A DNA stretch of 64,000 nucleotides from Paramoeba atlantica. Lineage: Eukaryota; Protista; Discosea. Shown in pieces: positions 23,500-34,192 of this stretch. Made by a program: the position numbers and the translations under genes. The stretch is from assembly GCA_977017575.1 (NCBI GenBank), contig CDRNVI010000041.1, positions 248,001 to 312,000 on the forward strand, in the 5' to 3' direction. The notes beneath the pieces are model-generated. The model had not been told where the DNA came from, did not search any database, and worked only from the letters and a program-made list of their open reading frames with translations. Position 1 is the first letter of the stretch, and each line of letters opens with the position of its first letter.

Positions 23500-25292
23500 T
23501 TTGATCAAAAAGTCGAGGATGTCGTGGAAGCCTGGTTCGGGCCGTTATCATCAAATCAAAAGAAAATCATCCGTCTTCCATTCAAAAAAGGGGGTTTCGG
23601 ATTAACAGCCAGTAATCCCAATAGAGCGAATGCGTACGCTGCTTCGCGTTTTTCAGTTCTTGAGCGCCAAAGATCTTCTTCAGCTCGGACTGTAACAAAC
23701 ACCACAGCTGCACACAAATGCATTCCAAAGAAATCTAGTCTAAAAATTACACCTGTTGACGACGAAACATCCAACGTGATTCAACATGAAAAGGATTGGA
23801 AAGAATTGCTGCTAAATCCCGAACTTAAGCCCATACTTCAAGCCACTTCTTTCAAAGGCAACAACGACTGGCTCACGTCACATGTACGAAGTATACCGTC
23901 ACACCTATTTAAGCTTGCGGTTATGCCTAGGCTAAATGCTCAACATCAAAATCTTCCGACCAACCTTCTTTGCCCGGGATGTGGCATTGTTCTCGACAAT
24001 CGGAATGCTCTGTCACATATCCCAGGATGCGTTCAATGCTCAGGATTCAATTCAACGGCGAAGCACAATGCACTTGTTACATTTCTACAGCGACTATGCC
24101 ACAAAGCTGGATTGCCATGTGAAAAGGAACCCAGAGCTTTCTCGTCATGGAAATGTCTGCAGTGCAGAGATATAATTAGTCCAAGCAATCACGTAACTCA
24201 TCAGAAAGTTTGCACTGGAAGACGGCTATGCCGATCCGGACCGGATCTCGTTATTTATTGGAACAACGGCGAGGTATACTATGACTTAACCGTAATACAC
24301 GAGCTTTCGCAGAGCAATAGGTCTAAAAAATGCATCCAACTAATCAACGACGCGATCAAAAGGAAACATAACACGTACGTGCAGACGAACATTATACGAG
24401 AAGAATGCTTCCAATGCTTGCCTGTTCTGTCCTGAGGTTCTTTACATCGCAACACGCAAAGTCTGATCCATGCGATAGCAGATGCCGCCTTACTAGGCCG
24501 GCAGGGGGTTGAACAGGAATTTAAACTACTGGTGCAGGAATTAAATGGTCTAGAAGTTTATTCCCACCTTCGGAAATACCTAAACGAAGAAGGCGCTACG
24601 CAGGAATTCAGTCTATAAATCAGCTCATTAGTTTTTATATCATAATACGAAATATTACACAGCTTGCAAAGTCGCGCAAGCCTTATATAAGCCTTATCTC
24701 TGATCCGTCATTGTGGCAGAATGCAAAAAAAAAAATCCTTATTGTAAGACCTTTCCTTCTCATAAAAAGAAAGGTTCTCATAAAAAGAAAGGTTCTCTTT
24801 TTCCAGGGCGTCGCACTCATTTATAATAGAGGAGTCTAGCTTTTCAGTGCTCAATGTTCAGGTATAAATACGACCGTGAAACATAACTCACTTGTCGGAT
24901 TTTTACATCGTCTATGCGTGAAAGCAGGCATCCCATGTGAAACGGAACCTAGAAACTTTTCTACGTGGAAGTGCATCGCTTGCCGATCTACAATCAGTCC
25001 GGAAAACCAGTTGGTACATCAGAAGACTTGTGCAGGAAAAAAACTTTGTCGGTCTGGCCCCGATCTCGTGATCTATTGGAACACGGGTGCGGTCTTCTAT
25101 GATCTGACAGTTATTCACGAACTATCAATGTCTAATCGTGGAAAGAAATGCACACAGCTCATGAATGACGCGCTGCAGCGAAAGTCCAACACATATGTAC
25201 GTACGAACTTAATTCGTGAAGACTCATTTCAATGTTTACCCGTACTGGCAGGAGGCGCTTTGCACCGCAATACGCAGCCTGCGTATTGCTGA

Positions 25293-25758
25293 TGTAAGAT
25301 TGTTTCTCGTTGAAGCTCCATCTGATTTCACATGTACTACCTTTGCCCCATTCCTTTATGATCTCATAAACACGATCAGGTGCTTTAGGAAATGCTCCGC
25401 TTGAAATTCCTTGAACTTCGTCCATCGACATCGTGTCTGAGAGTTCGCCGTCAGAGCTTTCCGGTGTCTCAGCATCTGAGCTGGACTTCGATGCGGAATC
25501 AACTTCGGAGTCGTCATAATTTTTACCCTTGGTTCGTTGTCTAGGTGGAAAGTCGTACGCCACATGATCTGCCCATGATTTCGAGAGTTCTTTCCGACTC
25601 GTCACTACTCTGATTCGAGAAATTTTCTTAGGCGTGATTCGTATGCATTCCTTCTGATCGGGGTGTGCAAGAGTCGTCTGTTGAAGAGAAATGCTGTGAG
25701 AAGTGGACATGACAATAATCGTTTAACGAAAGAAAAATAAGTCAACAAGGTACAGAAA
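25293..25758 (-). pseudogene. SL-led 5' fragment of a CRE family-1 element (subtype of 12465), with the SL 3' half at 25743-25758
   Basis: TTTCTGTACCTTGTTG, then ATG 25710. RIRVVTS..WADH..FPKAPD..IIKEWGKGSTCEIRWSF matches 12465-13136. Confidence 0.8.
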
Positions 25759-25844
25759 TGCACATACAAATGCACCACAAATATTTCCATCCACGTGTTT
25801 CATGCACTACGATAAATTACCAGGATTAAATGCTCAGCCAGCTT

Positions 25845-25970
25845 TGTAAGACCTTTCCTTATTGTAAGACCTTTCCTTATTGTAAGACCTTTCCTTATTT
25901 TAAGACCTTTCCTTATTGTAAGACCTTTCCTTATTGTAAGACCTTTCCTTATTGTAAGACCTTTCCTTAT
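25845..25970. repeat. 18-bp tandem repeat x7 (TGTAAGACCTTTCCTTAT)
   Basis: Seven units counted, one variant. The same unit occurs at 24737-24758. Confidence 0.9.
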
Positions 25971-26086
25971 AAACAAAAGAAGTTTAAGAAACATAGTTCA
26001 GACCCCTTTCGGGGCAATACCAATAATGATAGTCTCACAATGATAGTCTCCTAAATTTCCTCTCGTATACTTATAAAGAAATCAAC

Positions 26087-26555
26087 TTAATATGCACTTG
26101 CGTACATACGAGTCTTGCCTTGCGAACTTCCCAGAAACTGGCGTAACTGGGCGTAGACTTCGTTTCCATTTAAGTCTTGGAGTAGTAACTTGAAGTCCAT
26201 CTCCACTGTCTTCCTATCCAACATGGCTGCATCCGCAAGTGCATGTATCAGAAATCTTGTGTTCTGGTGGAGAGAACCGCAAGAAAAGATCGGAAGGCAT
26301 TGAAACGCGAACTCTGGAATCATACAGGTTGTAACGTAGGTATCTTTCTTCCGTCTAATTACGTCTTGCATTAGTTTCACGCAAGTTTTAGATTGGTTCG
26401 ATGGCGCAAGCTCGTGTATTATAGACACGTCGTAGAAGATTTCTCCGGTGCTTTTGGCATCCGGTGGTCCAGAAAATGGCCAGATCCGGCCCCGATCGGT
26501 ATAGCTGTCGACCGGTGCAACATTTTTCATGAGTCATTTTATTCTCGGGTAGCCA
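26087..26555 (-). pseudogene. CRE family-1 RLE C-terminal fragment
   Basis: RSGPDLAIFW, FYDVSIIHEL..., FQCLPIFSCGSLH. Confidence 0.8.
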
Positions 26556-27340
26556 GCCGTAGCAAGCCACGGCTGGCACTTCACTTAGGACGGGAGTCGG
26601 AGACGCAGCGTGGCTAGGCCACACACTGACCAGCGGTCCCTACGAGAGGGGCAACCAATCCTCCGCGCGCCTTCAAAGAAGGTGGTACAAAACGTTTAAT
26701 TTAAAGTTATTGAATTCCAGATGCCCTACGTTTCCTTTTTCGAGCCCACGTCCCGTCTTCTTTGTGGTTCTTTATAGCTTGGGCCCGCCTATTTCTGTTC
26801 TGGGCCATCGTCTTCCACAGTTGTGGTGGTATTCCTGACCTTTCACACGCTTTTTCTACGGCTTGAACGTAAGGAGGATTTGTGCATGGTAAGCGGTGGT
26901 GCATTAGTATCCCGAATAGCGTCTTATTAGGGTGCCGATGTTCATCCATACGAGCTACGTGCCCTGCATAGCTGAGAATTCTTGGGTCATAAAGCAGTTG
27001 AGTAGGCTCCATGTCAGACATTCGCATCACCTCGGAGTTGCTGGTTCGTTTGCGTTCGGGGCAGGTATTTCCATCAATTGGGCTCCATGGAATCTTGAGT
27101 GCCCTCCGGATCATACTCAAGTAGTGGACATCTAGTGTACTTTGGAGTTTGGCGTCCAGCGGACACACTTCCGTACATCAACCGTGAATAGACGTAAATC
27201 TTAAAGACAGTTGACTTCCGGTGCCTGGAGATGAGTTTGTTATTCCAAATCGATTTTAACTCGTGTATTTTAGTCTGTGCAACAAGGTACCCCCTTGTTA
27301 GGGTCGCATAAATGTATTTTGCCCCCGACCGCTCTCAATT
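26556..27340 (-). pseudogene. 3' fragment of an APE-type LINE (RT thumb to stop) plus structured 3' UTR; empty site for the 7297-7956 insertion
   Basis: KIHELKSIWNNKLI..., RILSYAGHVARM, ...ASGIQ*. Confidence 0.8.
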
Positions 27341-28773
27341 TCCGTTTTTGTGGATTCGAATTGTTGCTTGGAAATGTTGATTTTGGTGATTGGGACCGTG
27401 GTGGTCAGGTCGGGAATGTACCTTGCCTCTGTAGATGGGGGCCCACACAGCTGTTCGTGTGGACTATTGTGTGTGTGTGTTGGAGGATTGAACTCCATGG
27501 ATAAAGTTCTGCGTATGCTTGCCTTTTATTTGTGCGTGGTTTTAAATTTCTTTGGCATTGGCAAATTTTGTTTTGTTTCTCTTTTCCACATGCCGTCCAT
27601 TTTTGTGCGCTTGTGTTTGTGGAATGTTGTTCCCACTCCACTGCGCAGTGAGTGTTACAAGGGCTGCCGCCCCCACACGCCCTTTGCTTCACGTTACGGT
27701 GGGTATGGCACTTTCGGTGCGTAGACCACTTTACGAAGCGATTGGGAGATGCACAAACCCTCCATCACAACGGGGCGTTCGACGCCCCCCTCCCCTCGTG
27801 CAAATACGTAGAAATGACTGCACCTCGCCATTCCAGGCCCTGTGCGGACACACGGGATCGCCGATAACCCAAGGGACGTAGGGTCAAATTGAAACGTGTT
27901 GACTTCCCCAAGGGAAAACGATGTGCGACATGCCCCCGTCCCATCACGCGTTCGCTTGCTTGCGTTGAACGCACAAGTTTGAAAGCACGCCAAGATTTCG
28001 ACACAGAACAACGCAGGGACGACCAAGCCTCTCTCGTAGAGTTTTGCCTCTGCCTGTCACTCGGCGCAAAAAGAGAACAGGACCAACCACGAACTCTCCG
28101 CTAGGTGCGCCGACCCCACAGAAATCCCCCCCGCATCCCCCGCAGACGCCGTCCCCGCCCTTGAATTCCACACATCCGCGTACAGAGATACGACTAGAAT
28201 GCATGGAATCACCGAAGACGCCATCGCCGTCCCGAACCATGCGACAGCCACCGCCATTGCCAACGACACCGCTGTCACCGGGAACGCTTCCACAGTCGCC
28301 ACCATTACCGCCACCGCAGCCAACAACATTGCCGCAGCCGAGCTTACCACCAAGTCAATCTGACAAAATTATGGCAAAGAAACCCTCCTTCTATGATACC
28401 CTTGCGGCGCACTTCCCTTCACGGTTTCCAACGAGAGCCGCACGTAATCGTCGACTGCTCCATTCTCCGCCGCTTCTGAACTCCGCCCCCTCAGCTCTAC
28501 CGCGCCCTATGCCACCCCCGCTCGCCTCACCACAGCTAACCCGACTGAGCCCCTCTCCCGCACAAGGTGCTTCAACGGAGACTCCTCAGCCGCCTAAAGG
28601 ATTCTCGCACCGCAAGGATCACGAGATGGTCACGCCACAAAGAACAATACCAGTTGCGGTTTCACGAAAAGATTCAGAATTTCCACCATCGCTCTCGTCG
28701 ACAAACGTTTCGCCAAACGTCGCATCAGAATCACCAAACATCAGGTCTCAGAAAACCATGAAAATTACGGGTA

Positions 28774-30463
28774 CGTCTCTACTTCGTTGAATATTCAACG
28801 AACGGGATTTTAATTTTTTTTCGAGCGAGTGTTCGATTTTTTTAACATTTTAAAATGCCTCAACGGAGCAACAAAGGTAGCGCATGGTACTAGAAACTCT
28901 TTTTCGGCAAATCGATCTCATTTTTCCTGCGGAAACCACCCACCCATCATCCAGATGGGATGATCATCCACATCCTGCGGAAGTGGCAGACATAGGTTCT
29001 CAGTGCGCGACCCGCGCGCTGGAGCGCGCGGGTCGCCAAAAAATATAATTATGTCCCAGGGCTACGCTCACAGTTGGGCCTTGCTCGCAGACGGGGGCTT
29101 TTGCCTCCAGAAGTGGGCTTCGCTCAACGTTGGGCCTTGCCTCTCGACAATCCTGCGGAAGTGGCAGACATAGGTCCTCAGTGCGCGACCCGCGCGCTGG
29201 AGCGCGCGGGTCGCCAAAAAATATAATTATGTCCCAGGGCTACGCTCACAGTTGGGCCTTGCTCGCAGACGGGGGCTTTTGCCTCCAGAAGTGGGCTTCG
29301 CTCAACGTTGGGCCTTGCCTCTCGACAATCCTGCGGAAGTGGCAGACATAGGTCCTCAGTGCGCGACCCGCGCGCTGGAGCGCGCGGGCCGCCAAAAAAT
29401 ATAATTATGTCCCAGGGCTACGCTCACAGTTGGGCCTTGCTCGCAGACGGGGGCTTTTGCCTCCAGAAGTGGGCTTCGCTCAACGTTGGGCCTTGCCTCT
29501 CGACAATCCTGCGGAAGTGGCAGACATAGGTCCTCAGTGCGCGACCCGCGCGCTGGAGCGCGCGGGCCGCCAAAAAATATAATTATGTCCCAGGGCTACG
29601 CTCACAGTTGGGCCTTGCTCGCAGACGGGGGCTTTTGCCTCCAGAAGTGGGCTTCGCTCAACGTTGGGCCTTGCCTCTCGACAATCCTGCGGAAGTGGCA
29701 GACATAGGTCCTCAGTGCGCGACCCGCGCGCTGGAGCGCGCGGGTCGCCAAAAAATATAATTATGTCCCAGGGCTACGCTCACAGTTGGGCCTTGCTCGC
29801 AGACGGGGGCTTTTGCCTCCAGAAGTGGGCTTCGCTCAACGTTGGGCCTTGCCTCTCGACAATCCTGCGGAAGTGGCAGACATAGGTCCTCAGTGCGCGA
29901 CCCGCGCGCTGGAGCGCGCGGGCCGCCAAAAAATATAATTATGTCCCAGGGCTACGCTCACAGTTGGGCCTTGCTCGCAGACGGGGGCTTTTGCCTCCAG
30001 AAGTGGGCTTCGCTCAACGTTGGGCCTTGCCTCTCGACAATCCTGCGGAAGTGGCAGACATAGGTCCTCAGTGCGCGACCCGCGCGCTGGAGCGCGCGGG
30101 CCGCCAAAAAATATAATTATGTCCCAGGGCTACGCTCACAGTTGGGCCTTGCTCGCAGACGGGGGCTTTTGCCTCCAGAAGTGGGCTTCGCTCACAGTTG
30201 GGCCTTGCTCGCAGACGGGGGCTTTTGCCTCCAGAAGTGGGCTTCGCTCACAGTTGGGCCTTGCTCGCAGACGGGGGCTTTTGCCTCCAGAAGTGGGCTT
30301 CGCTCACAGTTGGGCCTTGCTCGCAGACGGGGGTTTTGCCTCAAGAAGTGGGCTTCGCTGGCAGAATCCCAGAAAAGTTCAGTGAAAAAAAATAAAAAAT
30401 CGGTTCGTTGAATCGTTCAACGAACCGACGGCGCTTCGTTGAATATTCAACGAAGTAGAGACA
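28774..30463. mobile_element. Non-autonomous TIR element C (29-bp TIRs, TA flanks; Tc1/mariner-type MITE-like) carrying a satellite
   Basis: TA-CGTCTCTACTTCGTTGAATATTCAACGAA ... TTCGTTGAATATTCAACGAAGTAGAGACA-TA; one terminal mismatch. Confidence 0.75.
28972..30358. repeat. 178-bp tandem repeat (6 full units + 1 partial) ending in 56-bp sub-repeats
   Basis: Unit starts at 28972, 29150, 29328, 29506, 29684, 29862 and 30040. Each has a GC hairpin (14-bp arms in the T-variant units). Confidence 0.95.
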
Positions 30464-32332
30464 TAGCCAAAATTACAATTTCAAAGTCAAACATTCGGAG
30501 GCAAACGTTCAACGATTTGTGGACACGCATGCAGAAAGAAAAACGAGAAGCTCAGCGAAAGAACGCCTCGGTAGCACCGCGCATAGTCCAATCTTCTCCT
30601 ATTAGCAAAAATCCGTATCAAGAAAATGGATGGAGTTCCATTATCACGAAATCGTGCGGCATGGCAGCGAAAACGTGCGGCGCAGCTGTCTCAACTTTGA
30701 CATCGATTGCAAGCAGTCAGCAAAGCATTCAGCTGCCTCAACTTCCTAATCGCAGCCACAGTCCATCACCAGTGAAACTGCGAAACGAGGATGATTCAAC
30801 TCGGATAAGGATCCAGAACGTGACAGCGGAAACGACAAATGGAACTGCGGTTACATGTCATAAATCACATCACGGGAATTCTCAAGTGAACACGAATACC
30901 CCGCCGACGGTAGCAAATGACGCCAATGAAACCAACATCGAGATGCATCCAGATCCCAAAGACCCTCGATTCGAAGGATACAGATAGATCGGTAATGGCT
31001 ACGTGCACGACGTTCACAATTTTGATGTTTTTTCTGAAGAGCCGTCTTCCCCGTCAGATGAGCCACGTCAGTTTTTTGAGTGCAACACTCCCGAAACTCC
31101 CATGAAAAAAACGAACCAACGTGATCAGATTCTCTCTCAGTTGGGGTCTCCATCAAGTCCCAAAATCGATGCGGAATTACCCGAGCGGGAGCCAAATGCA
31201 ACGAAGTCACAGAACGAGAAAAATTCAGCGATCATGTTTATCGGAATCGACCCAAGCACAGAGGAGAATAAATCCTTTGACCTGATGAAGAATGTAACGC
31301 CCGAGTCACAATTTCCGGCCTCGCCGGATGAGATTTGGACGCATTCGAAGCAAATCAAACCGGGCGCAATGTGTACAGTGGCCTGGACATTTAACAAACA
31401 AGGTGCGCTTAACATCTCAATAGGCAAAGTCACTCGAACACATAGTAAGCGTGGAGGATTTGGTAAGTTATCTATCTCGTATCGGGGCGTTGTTGGTCAC
31501 AAAGTTGGGGAACAATTTTCCGGGGTTTTACCTCCACAAGAGGACGTACGGATCTATAAACTAGCGTGGCATCAAGCGCCGCCAGCTATCGATACTACTA
31601 AGAAAGCCGAACTTAAAGTCCCTGAAGTACTAGAAGCTTTTCAACTTGAGATTGAAAAGCTTAATGCATATACAATAGTTGCGCAACTGCGCGATTATCT
31701 ACCCCGAGCATCGTGGCTTGGTTCACTGCAATCGTAAAGAATCCGTAAAGATTACGAATTGGTTACGAATTTTCATTAACTGAAAGAAGAAATGATGTTT
31801 TATTTTATTATATTAAAGTTTAAACGTATGCGTCTGGCATACTCCAAATTCCTACAAATGCACCACAAATATTTCCATTTTTTAAGACAAAAAAAAAAAA
31901 AAAAAAAAAAAAAACCTCGGTTTGCAGACGTTACTTCCATCCCACCACCTGCTCCAGTAGCGTGGCACCGCACTTCCTAACGGGGAGTATGGGGATGTAA
32001 AGGCACTTATGCCATATCGATACTCCACAGAGTATCGACCGTTCAGCGACCAGGCACTTTCCTCCAAGTTTCCCTGCCTTCTCAGGGGAGGCGACATCAT
32101 TGAACAAGGGTAACCGCCTGTTTTACATACATTCATACATACAAAGGCATCTATGCGCCCTGTATTATAAAGCCGTACGTAAAAATCACAGCGTCCCGAG
32201 GACTCAATGCCGATTCGAAACGCAACTAGGCCCTTGAGGTGAGAGAGGCAAAGACGACATTGAAGAAAATCTCGTGAAACGTCGTGAAAGGTCGTCGAAA
32301 TCTCACCACCTGATTCCTCTTGCATTTAAAAA

Positions 32333-32450
32333 GAGTACAACACTCAGGGTTCCCGAGCGATCGCTCACCTCAGTACTAACTGAGCCTGACGGTGCTTAAC
32401 TTCACAAAGCGAACGGGATGTGGTGTTTTCACCGTAGTATGGTCGTACCC
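32333..32450 (-). rRNA. 5S: 5S rRNA gene, kinetoplastid-type
   Basis: GGGTACGACCATAC...GAAGTTAAGC...AGTTAGTACTGAGG...CTCGGGAACCCTGAGTGTTGTACTC (118 nt), followed by a TTTTT terminator. Confidence 0.93.
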
Positions 32451-32582
32451 GGCGTAACTTGTGAAATCCCCACTATGAAAGAAATATTTTCCACGACAAT
32501 CTGCCTCATCCTGAGTGTCCCACAGAGGCGCTACTCACCATGTTTACGCTAGCGCAGTGGCTTCCGGGGTTTTTATCATTCG

Positions 32583-32746
32583 AAAAGGTCACACGGGCTG
32601 AGGATCGAACCTCCGTGCAAGTGTTTTGACATTCAGCACATGGCTACAGTTTGCCACGTGTTGCGAAAATTGACGGGGCGGGAATCGAACCAGGAGTTTG
32701 GTCCGTCAGCCTCCGAAAAGCACGCCCTGCCACTAGACAAGTTTCC
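32583..32746 (-). promoter_or_regulatory. Two tandem tRNA-like A/B-box units upstream of the 5S gene
   Basis: B boxes GGTTCGATTCC and GGTTCGATCCT, each followed by TTTT; A-box-like TGTCTAGTGG. Cloverleafs incomplete. Confidence 0.55.
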
Positions 32747-32839
32747 AGGCTGCATTTTGGGCTAAGACTCGTGGAACAACAAGTTCATCAGTTTGACAAA
32801 AGCGAACAATGAGCTCTGGTGGTTGGTAAAGCCCTTGTT

Positions 32840-32877
32840 AACTTTAACGATAAAGATACAGTTTCTGTACCTTGTTG
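32840..32877 (+). ncRNA. Complete 38-nt spliced-leader exon-like sequence (no GT donor follows)
   Basis: AACTTTAACGATAAAGATACAGTTTCTGTACCTTGTTG: AACT start, conserved CAGTTTCTGTAC, TTG end. Confidence 0.85.
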
Positions 32878-34192
32878 AATTATTTTCTTTATTTCATCTT
32901 TTCCAGGTACGCGGTTCTTTCTCATGTCTGAAGACGATCTTCTCAAAGCCTCACCTCCGCCGATGGACGACGATTCATTTTTACAAGAGGAAGCAGTACA
33001 CAATAGAGGATCCTGGGACCAGTTTGCTGGAAACGCACATCTCATTAAGCAACGGAGTACGTACAACGAATTGCTCTACACGGCCCCTATTCCTGCGAAC
33101 ATTCCGGAAGAATGGAACATGAACGCCGCCTTGATCTCAACTGAGAACCAGACACGTGATACGGGACAGGTAGATAGTAGCGATGAGGAAACAAACCACT
33201 CACGAGTCATCAGATTACATCATGGACACCAAAAAACGCAATCTGATAGCAACACTATCACTAAAAAGTTTACTCGATGCCAACCATCTTACACACCCCC
33301 AAGCGTCAAAGGGAATCGGGGAATCGTAAAGTCTCATCGAAAAGCGCGCGAACCAGCTACACCTCGAAAAGGGGAAGCGACGGAACATAACCACGAAAAC
33401 AACTCTCCACGCCAAATAGTACAAGGAACTTCCCTTGAAATCCCACCTTCGACGAGCGAAGCAGTTCTCACGTTTCCATCTTCCCAAAACCGTCCGACAC
33501 AAAGGGAGTGCCCCGCAGAAAACTGTATTTGGAAAACTCGTGCCCATGGAGGTCAATGGCAGTCGTACTACAACCACGTTGTTTACCGACACGGAAATAA
33601 CATACCCAATGACTGGTGGACAAAGGAAGGACGATTTCTCTGCGACGCATGCGGTCGTCATTACGATATTAGCAAGAAAACTTCTCATTTGAATCATTGT
33701 AAAATGCAATTTACACCACCCTCCTCGCAGCCGCCCTCACAACCGCAGCAGCCTTCACAGCTGTCAGAGTCCGGGGAAGCCATGTACGATATACAAGGTA
33801 CGCATAGTCTACCGTCCCTAGAGGAAGTTTGCACGACTCAAATAAGCACGTGCAAGGATGTCCCACACCGATGTCGATATCTGTGGACCAGAATTTTTAC
33901 CGCAGCCCTCTCCACCGCGGTAAACGAAAACTCACTGAGAGCCTGGACCCTTCTTGCCTTGCTTCCGAAATGCGTCCTACCAGCCCCGTACCGAGGAGGC
34001 CGCAAAGCTCACAAGTCCTATACCTCCTACATCTCAAAGCGAATGGAACTTTGGATACAAGGCCAATATACCACCCTATGGGCCCAAGCAAATTCGGAGC
34101 ATGACAGGAAGCGCTCAAAAGTGCCGAATAATGAGATTGAGGGTGAAGAAGACAAGGCTGCAATACGGGCTGAAATTCTGGTTCGCCAAGGA

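Larger units (their letters stand above)
19187..24844 (+). mobile_element. Nested near-full-length CRE family-1 element (ATG 19218; long ORF 19270-22683 + 23500-24435), split by the IS30-like element
   Basis: MGMFTRSRAK start, AYIDD RT, SGPD..YD RLE. Removing 22684-23499 restores TSE|FDQKVED. Confidence 0.85.
10074..25292 (+). mobile_element. SL-led CRE family-1 element, in three pieces (10074-12412, 18451-19186, 24852-25292) separated by two nested family-1 insertions
   Basis: ORF MGMFTRSRAK (Pro-rich) then RT. FPGIEIN|AYIDD rejoins across 12413-18450 (TSD AATAAAT). HIPGCA|QCSGINT rejoins across 19187-24851 (TSD CTGTGCT/CAGTGCT). Contains stops and frameshifts. Confidence 0.8.
28000..31737 (+). 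pseudogene. CRE family-1 derivative lacking the whole RT (N-terminal region fused to the last ~35 aa of the RLE ORF); interrupted by element C
   Basis: Pro-rich KKPSFYDTLAAHFP (as in the 34241 ORF). LPPQEDVRIYKLAW is joined near 31615 to EAFQLEIEKLNAYTIVAQLR. Confidence 0.7.

Noticed and set aside
27280-27290. 11-nt match to the SL 3' end on the minus strand
   Set aside because: It lies inside the LINE RT-thumb coding frame (GYLVAQTKIHEL), with no junction or ATG; a chance match.
27340-28000. Possible ncRNA or unspliced 5' region upstream of the deleted CRE copy
   Set aside because: Only one small hairpin, no second copy in the window and no recognisable motif; cannot be supported.
28972-30358. 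CRISPR-like array, or repeated 73-aa genes
   Set aside because: Units are near-identical over their whole length with no unique spacers and no cas genes; the ORFs are by-products of the repeat.
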